From positions 19,325-83,324 of the forward strand of contig JAUYGZ010000012.1 in the NCBI GenBank assembly GCA_030690415.1: a stretch of 64,000 bases of DNA, in the 5' to 3' direction. Below the pieces are notes generated by a model. That model had not been told where the DNA came from and did no database searches. It saw only the letters and a program-made list of their open reading frames with translations. Origin of the DNA: a bacterium (GTDB lineage Bacteria; Patescibacteriota; Gracilibacteria; JAUYGZ01). Made by a program: the position numbers and the translations under genes. Each line of letters starts with the position of its first letter. Position 1 is the stretch's first letter. Of the stretch, positions 26,055 to 35,583 are shown piece by piece.

Positions 26055-27380
26055 CTACAACCGGGCAGCCCTGAGCTTCTCCATCATTTGAATTCGCTTG
26101 TTCAACAAATCAAGGCTCCCAATATCTTTCCGATAAAAAATCTTCCCCTTCACTTGATCAACGCCATCAACTGCCCTCAATCTCGCCTCTTCTATTGAAT
26201 CCCCTATCCCCACAATCCCAAGAGACCGTGAACCCGAAGTCATAATCTCACCCCCCTCCTCATTCACACTTGAATAAAAAAGTTGTACACCATCCGGCAT
26301 TTCACCGATCTCCAAAGGCTCATGAGCCATCGAATCATCGGGATATCCCTCCGGGACCACATACAAACAAACCGTCGCCTTTGGGGCAAAGCGAACTTCA
26401 AGCTCATCCAAAGTCCCCTTGATCACAGCCTGACAGACTTCCACGAAATCAGTCTCAAGAATCGGGAGTACATTCATGGCTTCAGGGTCGCCAAAACGGG
26501 CATTGTATTCAATCAGTTTGACCCCATCACGACAGGCCATGAATCCGCCATACAAGATGCCCTTAAACTCCTGGCCCGTCTCCTCCCGAACCGCCAGCAA
26601 CACTGCCTGTGAAATTTGCTTCGCCTGATCCAATTCCTGATCCGTCAAAAAAGGCATCGAATGATTCACATCAGAATAGGAACCCATCCCACCCGTGTTC
26701 GGCCCCTCGTCACCCTCGTAAGCCCGCTTGTGATCCTGAACAACCGGCATGAAAGCCAGGTGCCGGCCATCCGCGAAAGCCATCAACGAAAACTCAACCC
26801 CATACAATTTTTCTTCTATCACGACGGAGCTCTGCCCTCCTCCCAAACACTCACGAACAAATTTCAGGGCTTCCTCATGATTCCGCAAATGATCACCGGA
26901 CACCTTCACCCCCTTTCCAAAGGCCAAGCCATCCGCCTTCACCACATAGTCATCACCCAACTCCTGCAAAAAAGACATGACCCCCCCCTCAGAATCAAAC
27001 TGACGGAACCGGGGATTTCCGGGAATGAAGTGCTTTTCCAAAAGCTCCCTTGTGAAATACTTACTCGATTCCAACCGCGCGGGTGCCTGGGCCGGGGCGA
27101 CCGAGGGAACCCCAAAAGATTCCAAAAGATCAACAATGCCGTCGGCAATCGGATTATCGGGTCCCACAAAAGCAAAATCCGGCCGAACCTCATCCACAAA
27201 GTGCTTCAGTTCTTCAAAATCCGACAGATCCGTCCCCGCATAATACCGCTTGGACAAAGCTTTAATTCCGGGGTTCACCTTATTGGCGAACACATACAGA
27301 TCTGGCTTGTGTGATGACCGAATGAGAGCTTCAGCGATGGCGTGTTCACGCCCACCATTACCGACAAGAAGGATTTTCAT
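26055..27380 (-). CDS. purD: Phosphoribosylamine--glycine ligase
   Basis: 441 aa. The N-terminus MKILLVGNGGREHAIAEAL and ATP-grasp layout are typical of PurD. Confidence 0.95.
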   Translation of the reverse strand: MKILLVGNGGREHAIAEALIRSSHKPDLYVFANKVNPGIKALSKRYYAGTDLSDFEELKHFVDEVRPDFAFVGPDNPIADGIVDLLESFGVPSVAPAQAPARLESSKYFTRELLEKHFIPGNPRFRQFDSEGGVMSFLQELGDDYVVKADGLAFGKGVKVSGDHLRNHEEALKFVRECLGGGQSSVVIEEKLYGVEFSLMAFADGRHLAFMPVVQDHKRAYEGDEGPNTGGMGSYSDVNHSMPFLTDQELDQAKQISQAVLLAVREETGQEFKGILYGGFMACRDGVKLIEYNARFGDPEAMNVLPILETDFVEVCQAVIKGTLDELEVRFAPKATVCLYVVPEGYPDDSMAHEPLEIGEMPDGVQLFYSSVNEEGGEIMTSGSRSLGIVGIGDSIEEARLRAVDGVDQVKGKIFYRKDIGSLDLLNKRIQMMEKLRAARL

Positions 27381-27476
27381 ACAAGATTGAAAAACATGAG
27401 TACGCAGACTCTAACACAAGAGAGGATCCTACCCAATAATGCATAGACCCCTTTCATCTAGGATAAAAAGCAAAAC

Positions 27477-28067
27477 TTATCTCAGGCGACTCAGCTCCAT
27501 GCCCTGCTCCGACTCAAAACGAACCGATTCAAAACGCTTATCACCCCGAACAAAATTCAGATAATCCTGACACTCATCACGATGTGAGAGGACATTATCC
27601 GCACAAATAAAGGCTCCTTTTTTCAGCTTGGGCATCAGCATTTTCAAATGCGGCAAGTAATCCCCCTTTCGCTGGTCAAAAAAAACGAAATCATACTTCT
27701 CGGCCCCTGGCTGAACAATCCAGCGTTCAAAACTAGATGGTACTATTTGTACACTTTGACCATATTCAGTGCCGAAGAGAGCTTTTAAATGCATTTCCAG
27801 CTGCTCCACCTTGGGTAAAAAATACTCCAAAGAAACCAATTTCCCACCGGTTACGAGAAACCCGGAAACCAAAAAACCAGTCGAGTACCCCACCCCAGCA
27901 CCCACCTCCACGCCACGCTTCAAAGAAAAAAATCGAATCAACCAATTCATCATCTGTCCAGATTCCATGTCAACCGGCCAAAGTCCCTCACCAAAATGAC
28001 CGGAAGCCAAAAGCTGATCACTTTTTTTGTACAAAACATTAATTTTTTGAAACACCTGATTCATCAT
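27477..28067 (-). CDS. Class I SAM-dependent O-methyltransferase (caffeoyl-CoA OMT/YrrM-like)
   Basis: 196 aa. SAM motif I is VEVGAGVGYSTGFL, followed by FDFVFFDQRKGDY. Confidence 0.75.
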   Translation of the reverse strand: MMNQVFQKINVLYKKSDQLLASGHFGEGLWPVDMESGQMMNWLIRFFSLKRGVEVGAGVGYSTGFLVSGFLVTGGKLVSLEYFLPKVEQLEMHLKALFGTEYGQSVQIVPSSFERWIVQPGAEKYDFVFFDQRKGDYLPHLKMLMPKLKKGAFICADNVLSHRDECQDYLNFVRGDKRFESVRFESEQGMELSRLR

Positions 28068-28150
28068 AAATTAACTTGATAAATATGATGATCATAGAGT
28101 ATGCTCTCTCAGCATAAACACAAACAGTAAGGAGGTAAGGATTGATTGAG

Positions 28151-28201
28151 CCCCTACCCCCTACCCCCTACAACCTACCCCCTACAACCTAACTCCCCCC
28201 C
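28151..28201 (+). repeat. C-rich tandem repeat (ctaccccctacaac x2 plus partial units) forming the rpmA 5' leader
   Basis: Perfect 14-mers at 28161..28174 and 28175..28188, flanked by ccctacccc and ctaactccccccc. Ends at the rpmA ATG. Confidence 0.8.
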
Positions 28202-28480
28202 ATGGCACATAAAAAAGCAGGAGGCTCCACATTCAACGGCCGAGACTCACAGTCCAAGCGCCGAGGCGTCAAACTCTTCGGAGGCCAGAGAGCTATACCG
28301 GGCAATATCATCGTTCGACAAAAAGGAACCAAGTGGTTTCCCGGAAAAGGTGTTGAGATGGGACGAGACTTCACTATTTTTGCTGTCACAGAAGGCCTGG
28401 TCACCTACACGCACAAGCGACAGAAGAAATTTAACGGACAGACCCACTACGACACCCTTGTGAATGTCATGCCAGCCTAG
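28202..28480 (+). CDS. rpmA: 50S ribosomal protein L27
   Basis: [29 protein letters not shown]... is the canonical L27 N-terminus. An in-frame TAA at 28190 rules out an N-terminal extension. Confidence 0.97.
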   Translation: MAHKKAGGSTFNGRDSQSKRRGVKLFGGQRAIPGNIIVRQKGTKWFPGKGVEMGRDFTIFAVTEGLVTYTHKRQKKFNGQTHYDTLVNVMPA

Positions 28481-28493
28481 ATAGAATAAATTT

Positions 28494-28528
28494 AAACACC
28501 CTGCCAACCCGGACAGGGTGTTTTTTTG
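28494..28528. terminator. Bidirectional rho-independent terminator
   Basis: aaa-caccctg-ccaacccgga-cagggtg-ttttttt between convergent rpmA and the SLH-cupredoxin gene. Confidence 0.75.
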
Positions 28529-28539
28529 TGTCCACAAAG

Positions 28540-29607
28540 CTATTCCACGATCAAAGTCCCCTCCATCCCCATACTCTGGTGAAATGAACAATAGAAGGTA
28601 TAGGTTCCCGGCTGATCAACCGTCAGATCAAAAGTGTCATCAGCTGTCAAAGCCATATCAATCCCCAATTCATCGATGGTAAAGGTGTGATTCCCTTGGG
28701 TCGTGAAATGGATCCGATACGGCGTCCCTGCGGCAATCCGAAGACTGGTCGGGGAAAAGAAAAAATCACTCGCTTCCATCGAGAGAACAGTCATGTTCGC
28801 ATCCACTTCGGCTCCCGCCTCTACTTCAGCCTCCATCTCTACCTCTACATCCGAATCCGTAGTTCCATCATTCATCGTCTCCGAACTCTCAAGCTGCCCA
28901 CTCACACGTTCTCTTTCCTGAAGAGATAAGGGATACGCCTCCAAGTCGTGCCTCTGGAGAAAAGAAAGACGATACATAACCTCCGCCAGTCGACTACGAT
29001 CCATTGGCTGGTTCGGGTAAACCTTGTTATTGCTATCGGCATCTATAAGACCCTTCATCTTGGCATACTGGACATAAGTTGCAAACCAGGCGTCTACACT
29101 GACATCAGCATAAGCATTAGCTTCCACTCCAATTCCTGAAACATCTATCCTATTGGCCTCGATCAGGATTTTAAGGCATTCGACTAAATTCAAGGTTGCT
29201 CCAGGACGAAAGGTTCCATCTGGATACCCCTGAATAATCCCCAGTGCGCGAGCACGGGCAACAAAACTGATATACCAGGCATCCTGAAAGGTATCCGCAA
29301 AAAAAGATGTCGTAAGACTCTGATCAACTGAAATGCCGGAACCCAGAAGAATAATCTTCAAAGCTTCAACACGATTCACTTCACGGTCAGGCTGGAAAGT
29401 CCCGTCCGGATAGCCCCCCACAACTCCTCGGGCGGACAGATCCGCAATTGCCTCAGCATGAACCGTTGCCTCAGAAACATCTGAAAACCGAGCCGTGACA
29501 TCCGCAATCGTTTTCAACTGACCATCCATCTCAATCATAATCGCCTGCGTTCCAGGAACGCCCAAAAACATCACCACAGCCAGAGAGAGTGTAATAAGAC
29601 GTTTCAT
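28540..29607 (-). CDS. Secreted SLH-domain protein fused to a C-terminal cupredoxin (type-1 copper) domain
   Basis: Signal peptide is MKRLITLSLAVVMFLGVPGTQA. SLH-like repeats include FSDVSEATVHAEAIADLSARGVVGGYPDGTFQP. An acidic linker follows. The C-terminus GNHTF...GTYTFYCSFHQSMGMEGTLIVE shows the His / Cys-x2-His-x4-Met ligand pattern of plastocyanin-like proteins. Confidence 0.8.
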   Translation of the reverse strand: MKRLITLSLAVVMFLGVPGTQAIMIEMDGQLKTIADVTARFSDVSEATVHAEAIADLSARGVVGGYPDGTFQPDREVNRVEALKIILLGSGISVDQSLTTSFFADTFQDAWYISFVARARALGIIQGYPDGTFRPGATLNLVECLKILIEANRIDVSGIGVEANAYADVSVDAWFATYVQYAKMKGLIDADSNNKVYPNQPMDRSRLAEVMYRLSFLQRHDLEAYPLSLQERERVSGQLESSETMNDGTTDSDVEVEMEAEVEAGAEVDANMTVLSMEASDFFFSPTSLRIAAGTPYRIHFTTQGNHTFTIDELGIDMALTADDTFDLTVDQPGTYTFYCSFHQSMGMEGTLIVE

Positions 29608-29685
29608 AAAAATAAATTAAAAGTACGTTATTTTTAAGAATACCAATTTTTTTCAGCAGGCCAAAATAAACAATCTTCACAAATC

Positions 29686-30981
29686 TCAAAAAACAAGGTT
29701 TAATGACCACAAAAGTGAAATAAGCTTCATTCCCAAAAACGCAGCGTTGAGAAGCATCCCGATAAAGGGAATCCAAATCGGAAAATACACCGCCCCCTGG
29801 ATCTCCGGATGCCGGCGCTTGAGACTAAAAAGAGCCGCATTCACAAGCGTAAAGACAAAAAGCACTATAAAACTAGTCGCATTCGCCAGATTTCTAAGCG
29901 GAAACCAGAGAGCAAGGAGAAGAGACACAATCCCGACGAAGAGCGTAGCCATCAGAGGCGTCTTGGTCCACCAATTCACAGAAGCAAAGACCCGGGGTGC
30001 CAATCCCTGATCAGCCATGCCGTAGAGAATACGGGATGACATGATGAGCTGAACCAACGCTCCATTGAGAATAGCCACCAAACCGATCAGGCTGATGACC
30101 TGAGGAGAAATATTCCCATTAAATTCGAGTATCCTGGCCAAAGGAGCTTCACTGCCAGCCAGTTCTGAAACCGGTATTGAGGTAATCGCCACCAAAACCA
30201 CGAGAAAATACAAGAGTATTGAAACCGCGATGGACGTCAAAATTGCGATGGGAATAGTCAAGCGCGGCCTCTTAACCTCCTCTGCTACGTTCACCATGTC
30301 TTCAAAGCCGATAAAAGCGAAAAAAGCCAAAAAAGCCCCCAGAAAAATCCCGGAAAAATCCGAGATATGAAAATCGCTTACCCCCTGAACAAACAATGAA
30401 GGCATTTCTGTCAGATGAGATCCCCCCACCCAGATCACCAGAAGTAATCCCCCAATTTCAATCAGAGTCGTGAAAGCGGCTACCACTACCGATTCACTGA
30501 TTCCGTAGACCGCAAGGGTACAGAGAGAAAGTATCAGCAACGTAATTGTCACCGTATCAGGAATCATCACAAACTCTCTCAGGTATCCCGCAAAACCATT
30601 GGCCAAAGCAGCCGCAGTAATCATCCCCGTCACCATAACCAACACTCCTATCAGCTGGGAAAGACGATCACGGTGGAAGGCCTTATGAACATACACTGCT
30701 GCACCAGCAGACTGGGGATAACGGGAAGAGAGCTCGGCATATGAAAATCCCGTCAAGACAGCCAAAATTCCTGCCAAAAGGAAGGAAAGCGGAGCGTTGA
30801 TCCCCGCATCTGCCACAACTTCACCGATCAGAACGTAAATCCCTGCACCCAGAATGGTCCCCAGACCATAGAAAATCAAAAAAGGTAAAGAAATAACTCG
30901 CTTCAAACGCGGCCGAGGCGAGATCTCCAACTCTGACAAACATTCGAAATTTTTTGAAGGGAATGGTGAATTTCGTTTCAC
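29686..30981 (-). CDS. APC-family amino acid permease (start uncertain; GTG at 30981 proposed)
   Basis: Contains LKRVISLPFLIFYGLGTILGAGIYVLIGEV and about 12 TM segments. The track ORF start at 31185 would overlap divergent argH, so the start was moved to a GTG just upstream of the conserved core. Confidence 0.8.
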   Translation of the reverse strand: MKRNSPFPSKNFECLSELEISPRPRLKRVISLPFLIFYGLGTILGAGIYVLIGEVVADAGINAPLSFLLAGILAVLTGFSYAELSSRYPQSAGAAVYVHKAFHRDRLSQLIGVLVMVTGMITAAALANGFAGYLREFVMIPDTVTITLLILSLCTLAVYGISESVVVAAFTTLIEIGGLLLVIWVGGSHLTEMPSLFVQGVSDFHISDFSGIFLGAFLAFFAFIGFEDMVNVAEEVKRPRLTIPIAILTSIAVSILLYFLVVLVAITSIPVSELAGSEAPLARILEFNGNISPQVISLIGLVAILNGALVQLIMSSRILYGMADQGLAPRVFASVNWWTKTPLMATLFVGIVSLLLALWFPLRNLANATSFIVLFVFTLVNAALFSLKRRHPEIQGAVYFPIWIPFIGMLLNAAFLGMKLISLLWSLNLVF

Positions 30982-31108
30982 AGAAGGAATGAGAAAAAAT
31001 GAGAACAAGAAAAAGTATACACGAGACAGAATTGGAACTTGAAGAGAAGGAGAGAGCAGACTATAGTGGTCGGGAATTGGGCGATCAGAGATCACTAAAC
31101 CACGTTTT

Positions 31109-32440
31109 ATGTCAGACACCATTAAGAAGAAAATCTGGTATAAAAATAAAGTCGTCCAGCTCAACAAAACGGTCGAAGAATACAATGCGGGAGAAGATAT
31201 CCTCTATGATCAAGATATGATCCCGGATGATGTCTGGTGCTCACGATGCTACGCGAGACTTCTGGAAAAGCACGAACTCCTGACCAGGGAAGAACTGAAG
31301 CAACTGGAAACCGGCCTTGACGAAATACTGGACCTCTACCAAAGAGGCGAATTTGTTTTGCGACTGGAAGATGAGGACAGTCACACAAAGATCGAAGATT
31401 ATTTGATCGAACGCTTCGGAGACACCGGAAAAAAAATTCATACCGGACGATCCCGAAATGACCAGGTACTCGTCATGATGCGCTGGTTTCTGCTCAGAAA
31501 ATCAAAGTCCATCCAGAAAAAAGCGCTCGAACTGGGCCTCGTCTTTGTTGAATTCGCCAAACAATACGAAATGATCGCCATGCCAGGATACACCCACATG
31601 CAGAAAGCCATGCCGACCAGTGTGGGAACCTGGATGGGAGCCTTCGCGGAAAGCCTCATCGACGACGTCAAAGTGATGATGACCATTACCAATGACATCG
31701 TGGATCAAAACCCTCTGGGCTCAGGGGCTGGCTATGGATCCCCCTTTGCCTTTGACCGTGACTGGCTGAGCAAAGAGATCGGATTCAAAAGAACACAAAA
31801 CAACGTCATCTACTGCCACAACTCCCGTGGAAAAATTGAGGGACTGGTGCTCGAAGCCTGTTGCCAGCTCATGCTCACCCTGAACCGCCTGGCCTGTGAC
31901 CTGCTCTTTTTCACCACTCAAGAATTTCAGTTTTTCAGCATTGATGACAGTATTGCCACCGGATCCTCCATCATGCCCCAGAAAAAAAACCTTGATGCCG
32001 CGGAGCTCATGAGAGGTCGTACAGCCACCGTGCTGGCCTGCAGAAGCGAGCTCAACATGAATATACTCAACAAAATCTCCGGATACCACCGTGACGGACA
32101 AGAAATCAAACGACCCCTCTTTCTGGGACTGAAATACACGGAAATGTCCCTCGAAACCATGAAGGTCCTGATTCAAAACATCAAACCGAATGAAGAAATC
32201 CTTCGAAAAGCCATGCTGGACTCACCGGGTCTTTTCGCGGCCCACAAAGCTTTTGAAAAAGTCAAAGAAGGCATGACCTTCCGCGACGCTTACCGGGAAA
32301 TCGGTTCCGATATCGATCGGATTGAGGTCAGCAAAGAAGATATTGAAAAATGGCTCGCCATGTCAACTCATCAAGGCGGAACTGGAAATCTGCAACTGGA
32401 AAAAGTGGAGAAAGAAATCAAGGCAATGATGAATCTATAA
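31109..32440 (+). CDS. argH: Argininosuccinate lyase
   Basis: 443 aa. Contains the GRSRNDQV and GSSIMPQKKNLDAAELMRG signatures of the fumarate-lyase family, ArgH type. Confidence 0.93.
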   Translation: MSDTIKKKIWYKNKVVQLNKTVEEYNAGEDILYDQDMIPDDVWCSRCYARLLEKHELLTREELKQLETGLDEILDLYQRGEFVLRLEDEDSHTKIEDYLIERFGDTGKKIHTGRSRNDQVLVMMRWFLLRKSKSIQKKALELGLVFVEFAKQYEMIAMPGYTHMQKAMPTSVGTWMGAFAESLIDDVKVMMTITNDIVDQNPLGSGAGYGSPFAFDRDWLSKEIGFKRTQNNVIYCHNSRGKIEGLVLEACCQLMLTLNRLACDLLFFTTQEFQFFSIDDSIATGSSIMPQKKNLDAAELMRGRTATVLACRSELNMNILNKISGYHRDGQEIKRPLFLGLKYTEMSLETMKVLIQNIKPNEEILRKAMLDSPGLFAAHKAFEKVKEGMTFRDAYREIGSDIDRIEVSKEDIEKWLAMSTHQGGTGNLQLEKVEKEIKAMMNL

Positions 32441-32451
32441 TCCGACACCAT

Positions 32452-33432
32452 ATGCAATCCTGGGACCTCCTCACACTCTTAAAAACCAAAATTGATGCAA
32501 ATGGCGGCCCCGTCAGCTGTCATGCACACTTTGATAAAGCCTACGTGATCACTCCCGAAACCCTGGAGATGACGAATGAGCATATGGAAGTCAAATGGGA
32601 TCTCTGGAAAGCCGTGAAAAAAAAATACACCCATAAAAACCTCGTAGAACGCATTTCGCTGAGTGCTGAAAACATGATCCGTCAGGGCAGTACCATGACC
32701 AGGACCAATGTCGACGTCGACAGTACTGTGGGCCTCATGTGTTTGGAGGCGGCCCTAGAGGTAAAAGAAAAGTATAAGAATCAGATCAATATCCAAATCT
32801 GTTCTCAGGTCCTGGAAGGAGCCATGACCCCTGAATCTCGGAAATGGATCGAAAAAGCCGCCCCCCTGGTCGACTTGCTAGGAGGTCTTCCCTCCAGAGA
32901 CCGCCCTCATCAGGCAGAGCACCTGGACTATCTCTTCGGAATCGCGAAAAAATACAACAAGCACGTCGATGTTCACATCGATCAGAACAATGATCCCGAT
33001 GAAAAAGACACTGAGCTCCTTGCCCGGAAAGTCATAGAACACGGACTCCAGGGCAAGGTCAACGCGGTACACGCCTGTTCACTATCCGCGCAAGATGAAG
33101 GCTATATCAAAGAAATTGTTGCGCTCCTCAAAGAAGCCGACATAAGCGTGATCATCTCCCCGAGAGCAATGCTGGACAATCAGCAACCCCGCCACAAAAT
33201 GGCTCCCGTTCACAATTCCATTGGCCCCGTAGTTCAGCTCATAGAGGGAGGAGTCAACGTCGCCATAGGAGTCGATAATGTCCACGATTACTTCTGTCCC
33301 TTCATCGACGGGGACATCTTCACTGAGCTGCTCTTCCTTATCGAGACTACCCGCTTCTACGAGATCGACACCCTGGTGGACATCGTCACCACCAACGGAA
33401 GAAAGCTCATTGAAGCGGCTCAGCAGTCATGA
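32452..33432 (+). CDS. Metal-dependent amidohydrolase (cytosine-deaminase-like)
   Basis: Start at the ATG at 32452, after the argH stop. Has an HxH motif (SCHAHFD), later HVDVHIDQ and AVHACSL, and GVDNVHD near the C-terminus. Confidence 0.7.
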   Translation: MQSWDLLTLLKTKIDANGGPVSCHAHFDKAYVITPETLEMTNEHMEVKWDLWKAVKKKYTHKNLVERISLSAENMIRQGSTMTRTNVDVDSTVGLMCLEAALEVKEKYKNQINIQICSQVLEGAMTPESRKWIEKAAPLVDLLGGLPSRDRPHQAEHLDYLFGIAKKYNKHVDVHIDQNNDPDEKDTELLARKVIEHGLQGKVNAVHACSLSAQDEGYIKEIVALLKEADISVIISPRAMLDNQQPRHKMAPVHNSIGPVVQLIEGGVNVAIGVDNVHDYFCPFIDGDIFTELLFLIETTRFYEIDTLVDIVTTNGRKLIEAAQQS

Positions 33433-33512
33433 GGTGAAAATCTCAATTTGCTTGCCTCTTCCTTCTTATTTCTTGTAGACTGCTGTGGCTATTTTCACCA
33501 ATCCAAACTATT

Positions 33513-33587
33513 CCGAGGTAGCTCAGCGGTAGAGCAGTTGGCTGTTAACCAATTGGTCATCGGTTCGAATCCGATCCTCGGAGCCAT
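33513..33587 (+). tRNA. tRNA-Asn (anticodon GTT), CCA encoded
   Basis: Hand-folded cloverleaf. Acceptor TCCGAGG/CCTCGGA; D arm GCTC-AGCGGTA-GAGC; anticodon arm GTTGG-CTGTTAA-CCAAT; T arm ATCGG-TTCGAAT-CCGAT; discriminator G; CCA. Confidence 0.92.
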
Positions 33588-33664
33588 GCATTCATTCAAA
33601 TACAAAGCCGGTTCATGTCCTTCCGAAGCTCGAGAGGTCTTTAGGAAAGGAAGCGAAGGAGGAC

Positions 33665-33686
33665 GAATCCGATCCTCGGAGCCATA
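33665..33686 (+). repeat. 22-bp exact direct repeat of the tRNA-Asn 3' end (att-like scar)
   Basis: cgaatccgatcctcggagccat occurs at 33567..33588 and again at 33665..33686. Confidence 0.85.
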
Positions 33687-33717
33687 TTCCTCAAAAAACC
33701 TGTCTAAGTAAAGATCC

Positions 33718-34077
33718 CTACAGTTTCTTGAGAAACTCCGATCTCAGCACAATCGCCATGCCATCAATTTTACAGTCGATCTCCTGGGGATTTGAAGTGA
33801 GCTTGATGGACTTCACCTTTGTCCCTCGCTTCAGGACGGTAGAAGATCCGCGAAGGGGAAGATCCTTAATCAGGGTCACGCTATCACCATCATGAAGCTC
33901 ATTCCCATGAGCATCCTTCACGATGACCTGAGCTGCCACCTGCTCCCGGTGATGCATGCCATCAGTACAATCACATTCCGTCATCAATTCCCACTGATGG
34001 GTACAGCCATCAGCTTCACACACTCCGAGATCATCCGAAACAGCTCCACACGTCCCGGTGCAGATAAAGTGATTCAT
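33718..34077 (-). CDS. PhnA/YjdM-family protein with a Cys-rich N-terminal region
   Basis: The C-terminal half VKDAHGNELHDGDSVTLIKDLPLRGSSTVLKRGTKVKSIKLTSNPQEIDCKIDGMAIVLRSEFLKK matches the PhnA C-domain pattern. The N-terminus is CTGTCGAVSDDLGVCEADGCTHQWELMTECDCTDGMHH. Confidence 0.75.
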   Translation of the reverse strand: MNHFICTGTCGAVSDDLGVCEADGCTHQWELMTECDCTDGMHHREQVAAQVIVKDAHGNELHDGDSVTLIKDLPLRGSSTVLKRGTKVKSIKLTSNPQEIDCKIDGMAIVLRSEFLKKL

Positions 34078-34192
34078 ATTCTCAAGGGTTCATCAATTAT
34101 TACTAGCCTTATCTTAACGAATATGAGACTCTCAGGCCAGTCAAATACGATCTGAGTAAGAATATTCTCACCTGAATTGACGAATCGTCCTT

Positions 34193-35473
34193 ATGCCCCT
34201 TCGTGTCGCCATTATCGGTGGAGGTGCCGCCGGACTCATGGGTGCCGCGACACTTCTGGAAGAATATCCCTCAGCGAAGATCCATCTTTTCGAGAAAAAC
34301 AAACAGCTCGGGACAAAAGTCATCATCAGTGGAGGTGGAAGATGCAACGTCACGACCGGCATCCGGGATAAAAAAGAATTGTTTTCCAAGTATACCCGGG
34401 GAAGCCATTTTTTGCGAACGGCCATCGGTCAGTTCCCTCCGGAGAAAGTGGTGGAATGGTTTGAAGCTCATGGAGTACCTCTAAAGACCGAGCCGGATAA
34501 CCGGATTTTCCCCGTTTCCAATAAGGGACAGGACGTCGTGGGAGTCTTTGAAAAACTTTTCAAACAACACGGCGTATCACTTCATTTCTCAGAACCCGTG
34601 ATCAGCATAAGCCAAAAGGGGCCATTAAGCGCCGAGCTCATAACTACCAAAAAAACCTACGAATTCGATGCTATAGTTCTCTGCACAGGCGGCAATGCTT
34701 ATCGGCACACCGGTTCAACAGGTGACGGTTATGATTTCGCTCAAAGCTTTGGACACAGCATCACTCCTCTGGGACCGTCCTTAAACAGTTTTTTGTGCGC
34801 TGAGGAATGGGTAAAAAGCTTATCAGGACTCAGTCTTTCCCATGCGGAGCTCCGGGCACAAACAGATGATGGGACACAGGTGAGCGCTCAAGGGCCTATG
34901 CTCTTCACCCACTTCGGAGTTTCAGGCCCCTCTGTTTTTGCCCTCTCATCACATTTAGCATTCACCACTCTTTCCCCCGAAAAACCTGTTCACATTGCCA
35001 TGCTGCCGATAGCCGGACGGTCAGCTCATGAATGGAATGAAATCATTCATTCTGAAATGAAACAGAACGGTGCTCAACAGATTATCACCCTCCTCAAAAA
35101 TCACCTTCCTCATCGCCTCGCCCAAACAATTCTTGAAATAACGAGCATTCCTGCCGAAAAGAAAAATTCAGAAATATCTCGAGAGGAAAGAGAAAAACTG
35201 CTCCTAATACTGACCGGAAAGCTCACCATTTCTCTGACAAAAAGACGTCCCGGAGATGAGTTCGTCACCGCAGGAGGAGTTAAGCTCAGTGAAGTTGATT
35301 CAAAAACAATGCGATCAAAACTTCACCCATCGCTCTATTTCGCGGGAGAAGTCCTGGATATCGATGGAGTGACGGGAGGGTTTAATTTACAAGCATCTTG
35401 GGCCACTGGACGCCTAGCAGGAAAAAGCATTGCACATGATAAAAGAAAAAAAACTCAAGATCGCATTGATTAA
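34193..35473 (+). CDS. HI0933/YhiN (BaiN-like) family flavoprotein
   Basis: VAIIGGGAAGLMGA dinucleotide fold, GGGRCNVT motif and FAGEVLDIDGVTGGFNLQ near the C-terminus. Confidence 0.85.
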   Translation: MPLRVAIIGGGAAGLMGAATLLEEYPSAKIHLFEKNKQLGTKVIISGGGRCNVTTGIRDKKELFSKYTRGSHFLRTAIGQFPPEKVVEWFEAHGVPLKTEPDNRIFPVSNKGQDVVGVFEKLFKQHGVSLHFSEPVISISQKGPLSAELITTKKTYEFDAIVLCTGGNAYRHTGSTGDGYDFAQSFGHSITPLGPSLNSFLCAEEWVKSLSGLSLSHAELRAQTDDGTQVSAQGPMLFTHFGVSGPSVFALSSHLAFTTLSPEKPVHIAMLPIAGRSAHEWNEIIHSEMKQNGAQQIITLLKNHLPHRLAQTILEITSIPAEKKNSEISREEREKLLLILTGKLTISLTKRRPGDEFVTAGGVKLSEVDSKTMRSKLHPSLYFAGEVLDIDGVTGGFNLQASWATGRLAGKSIAHDKRKKTQDRID

Positions 35474-35583
35474 TCTTGATATACTATGTACACTTGCGTT
35501 AATGCAAAAGGTACTCAGAAGTGGATCTCCGTCGAATTTCCCAGAGGAACATTTGCGGATTTACTCATTTTAATTCAGTACCT

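Noticed and set aside
28146-28463. 105-aa ORF overlapping rpmA out of frame
   Set aside because: It overlaps almost all of the canonical L27 gene, and the product is Pro/Ser-rich with no family. Only its initiation region (perfect SD plus TTG) is kept as a possible regulatory feature.
33448-33711. 87-aa plus-strand ORF
   Set aside because: It reads straight through tRNA-Asn and its duplicated 3' end, so it is an artefact.
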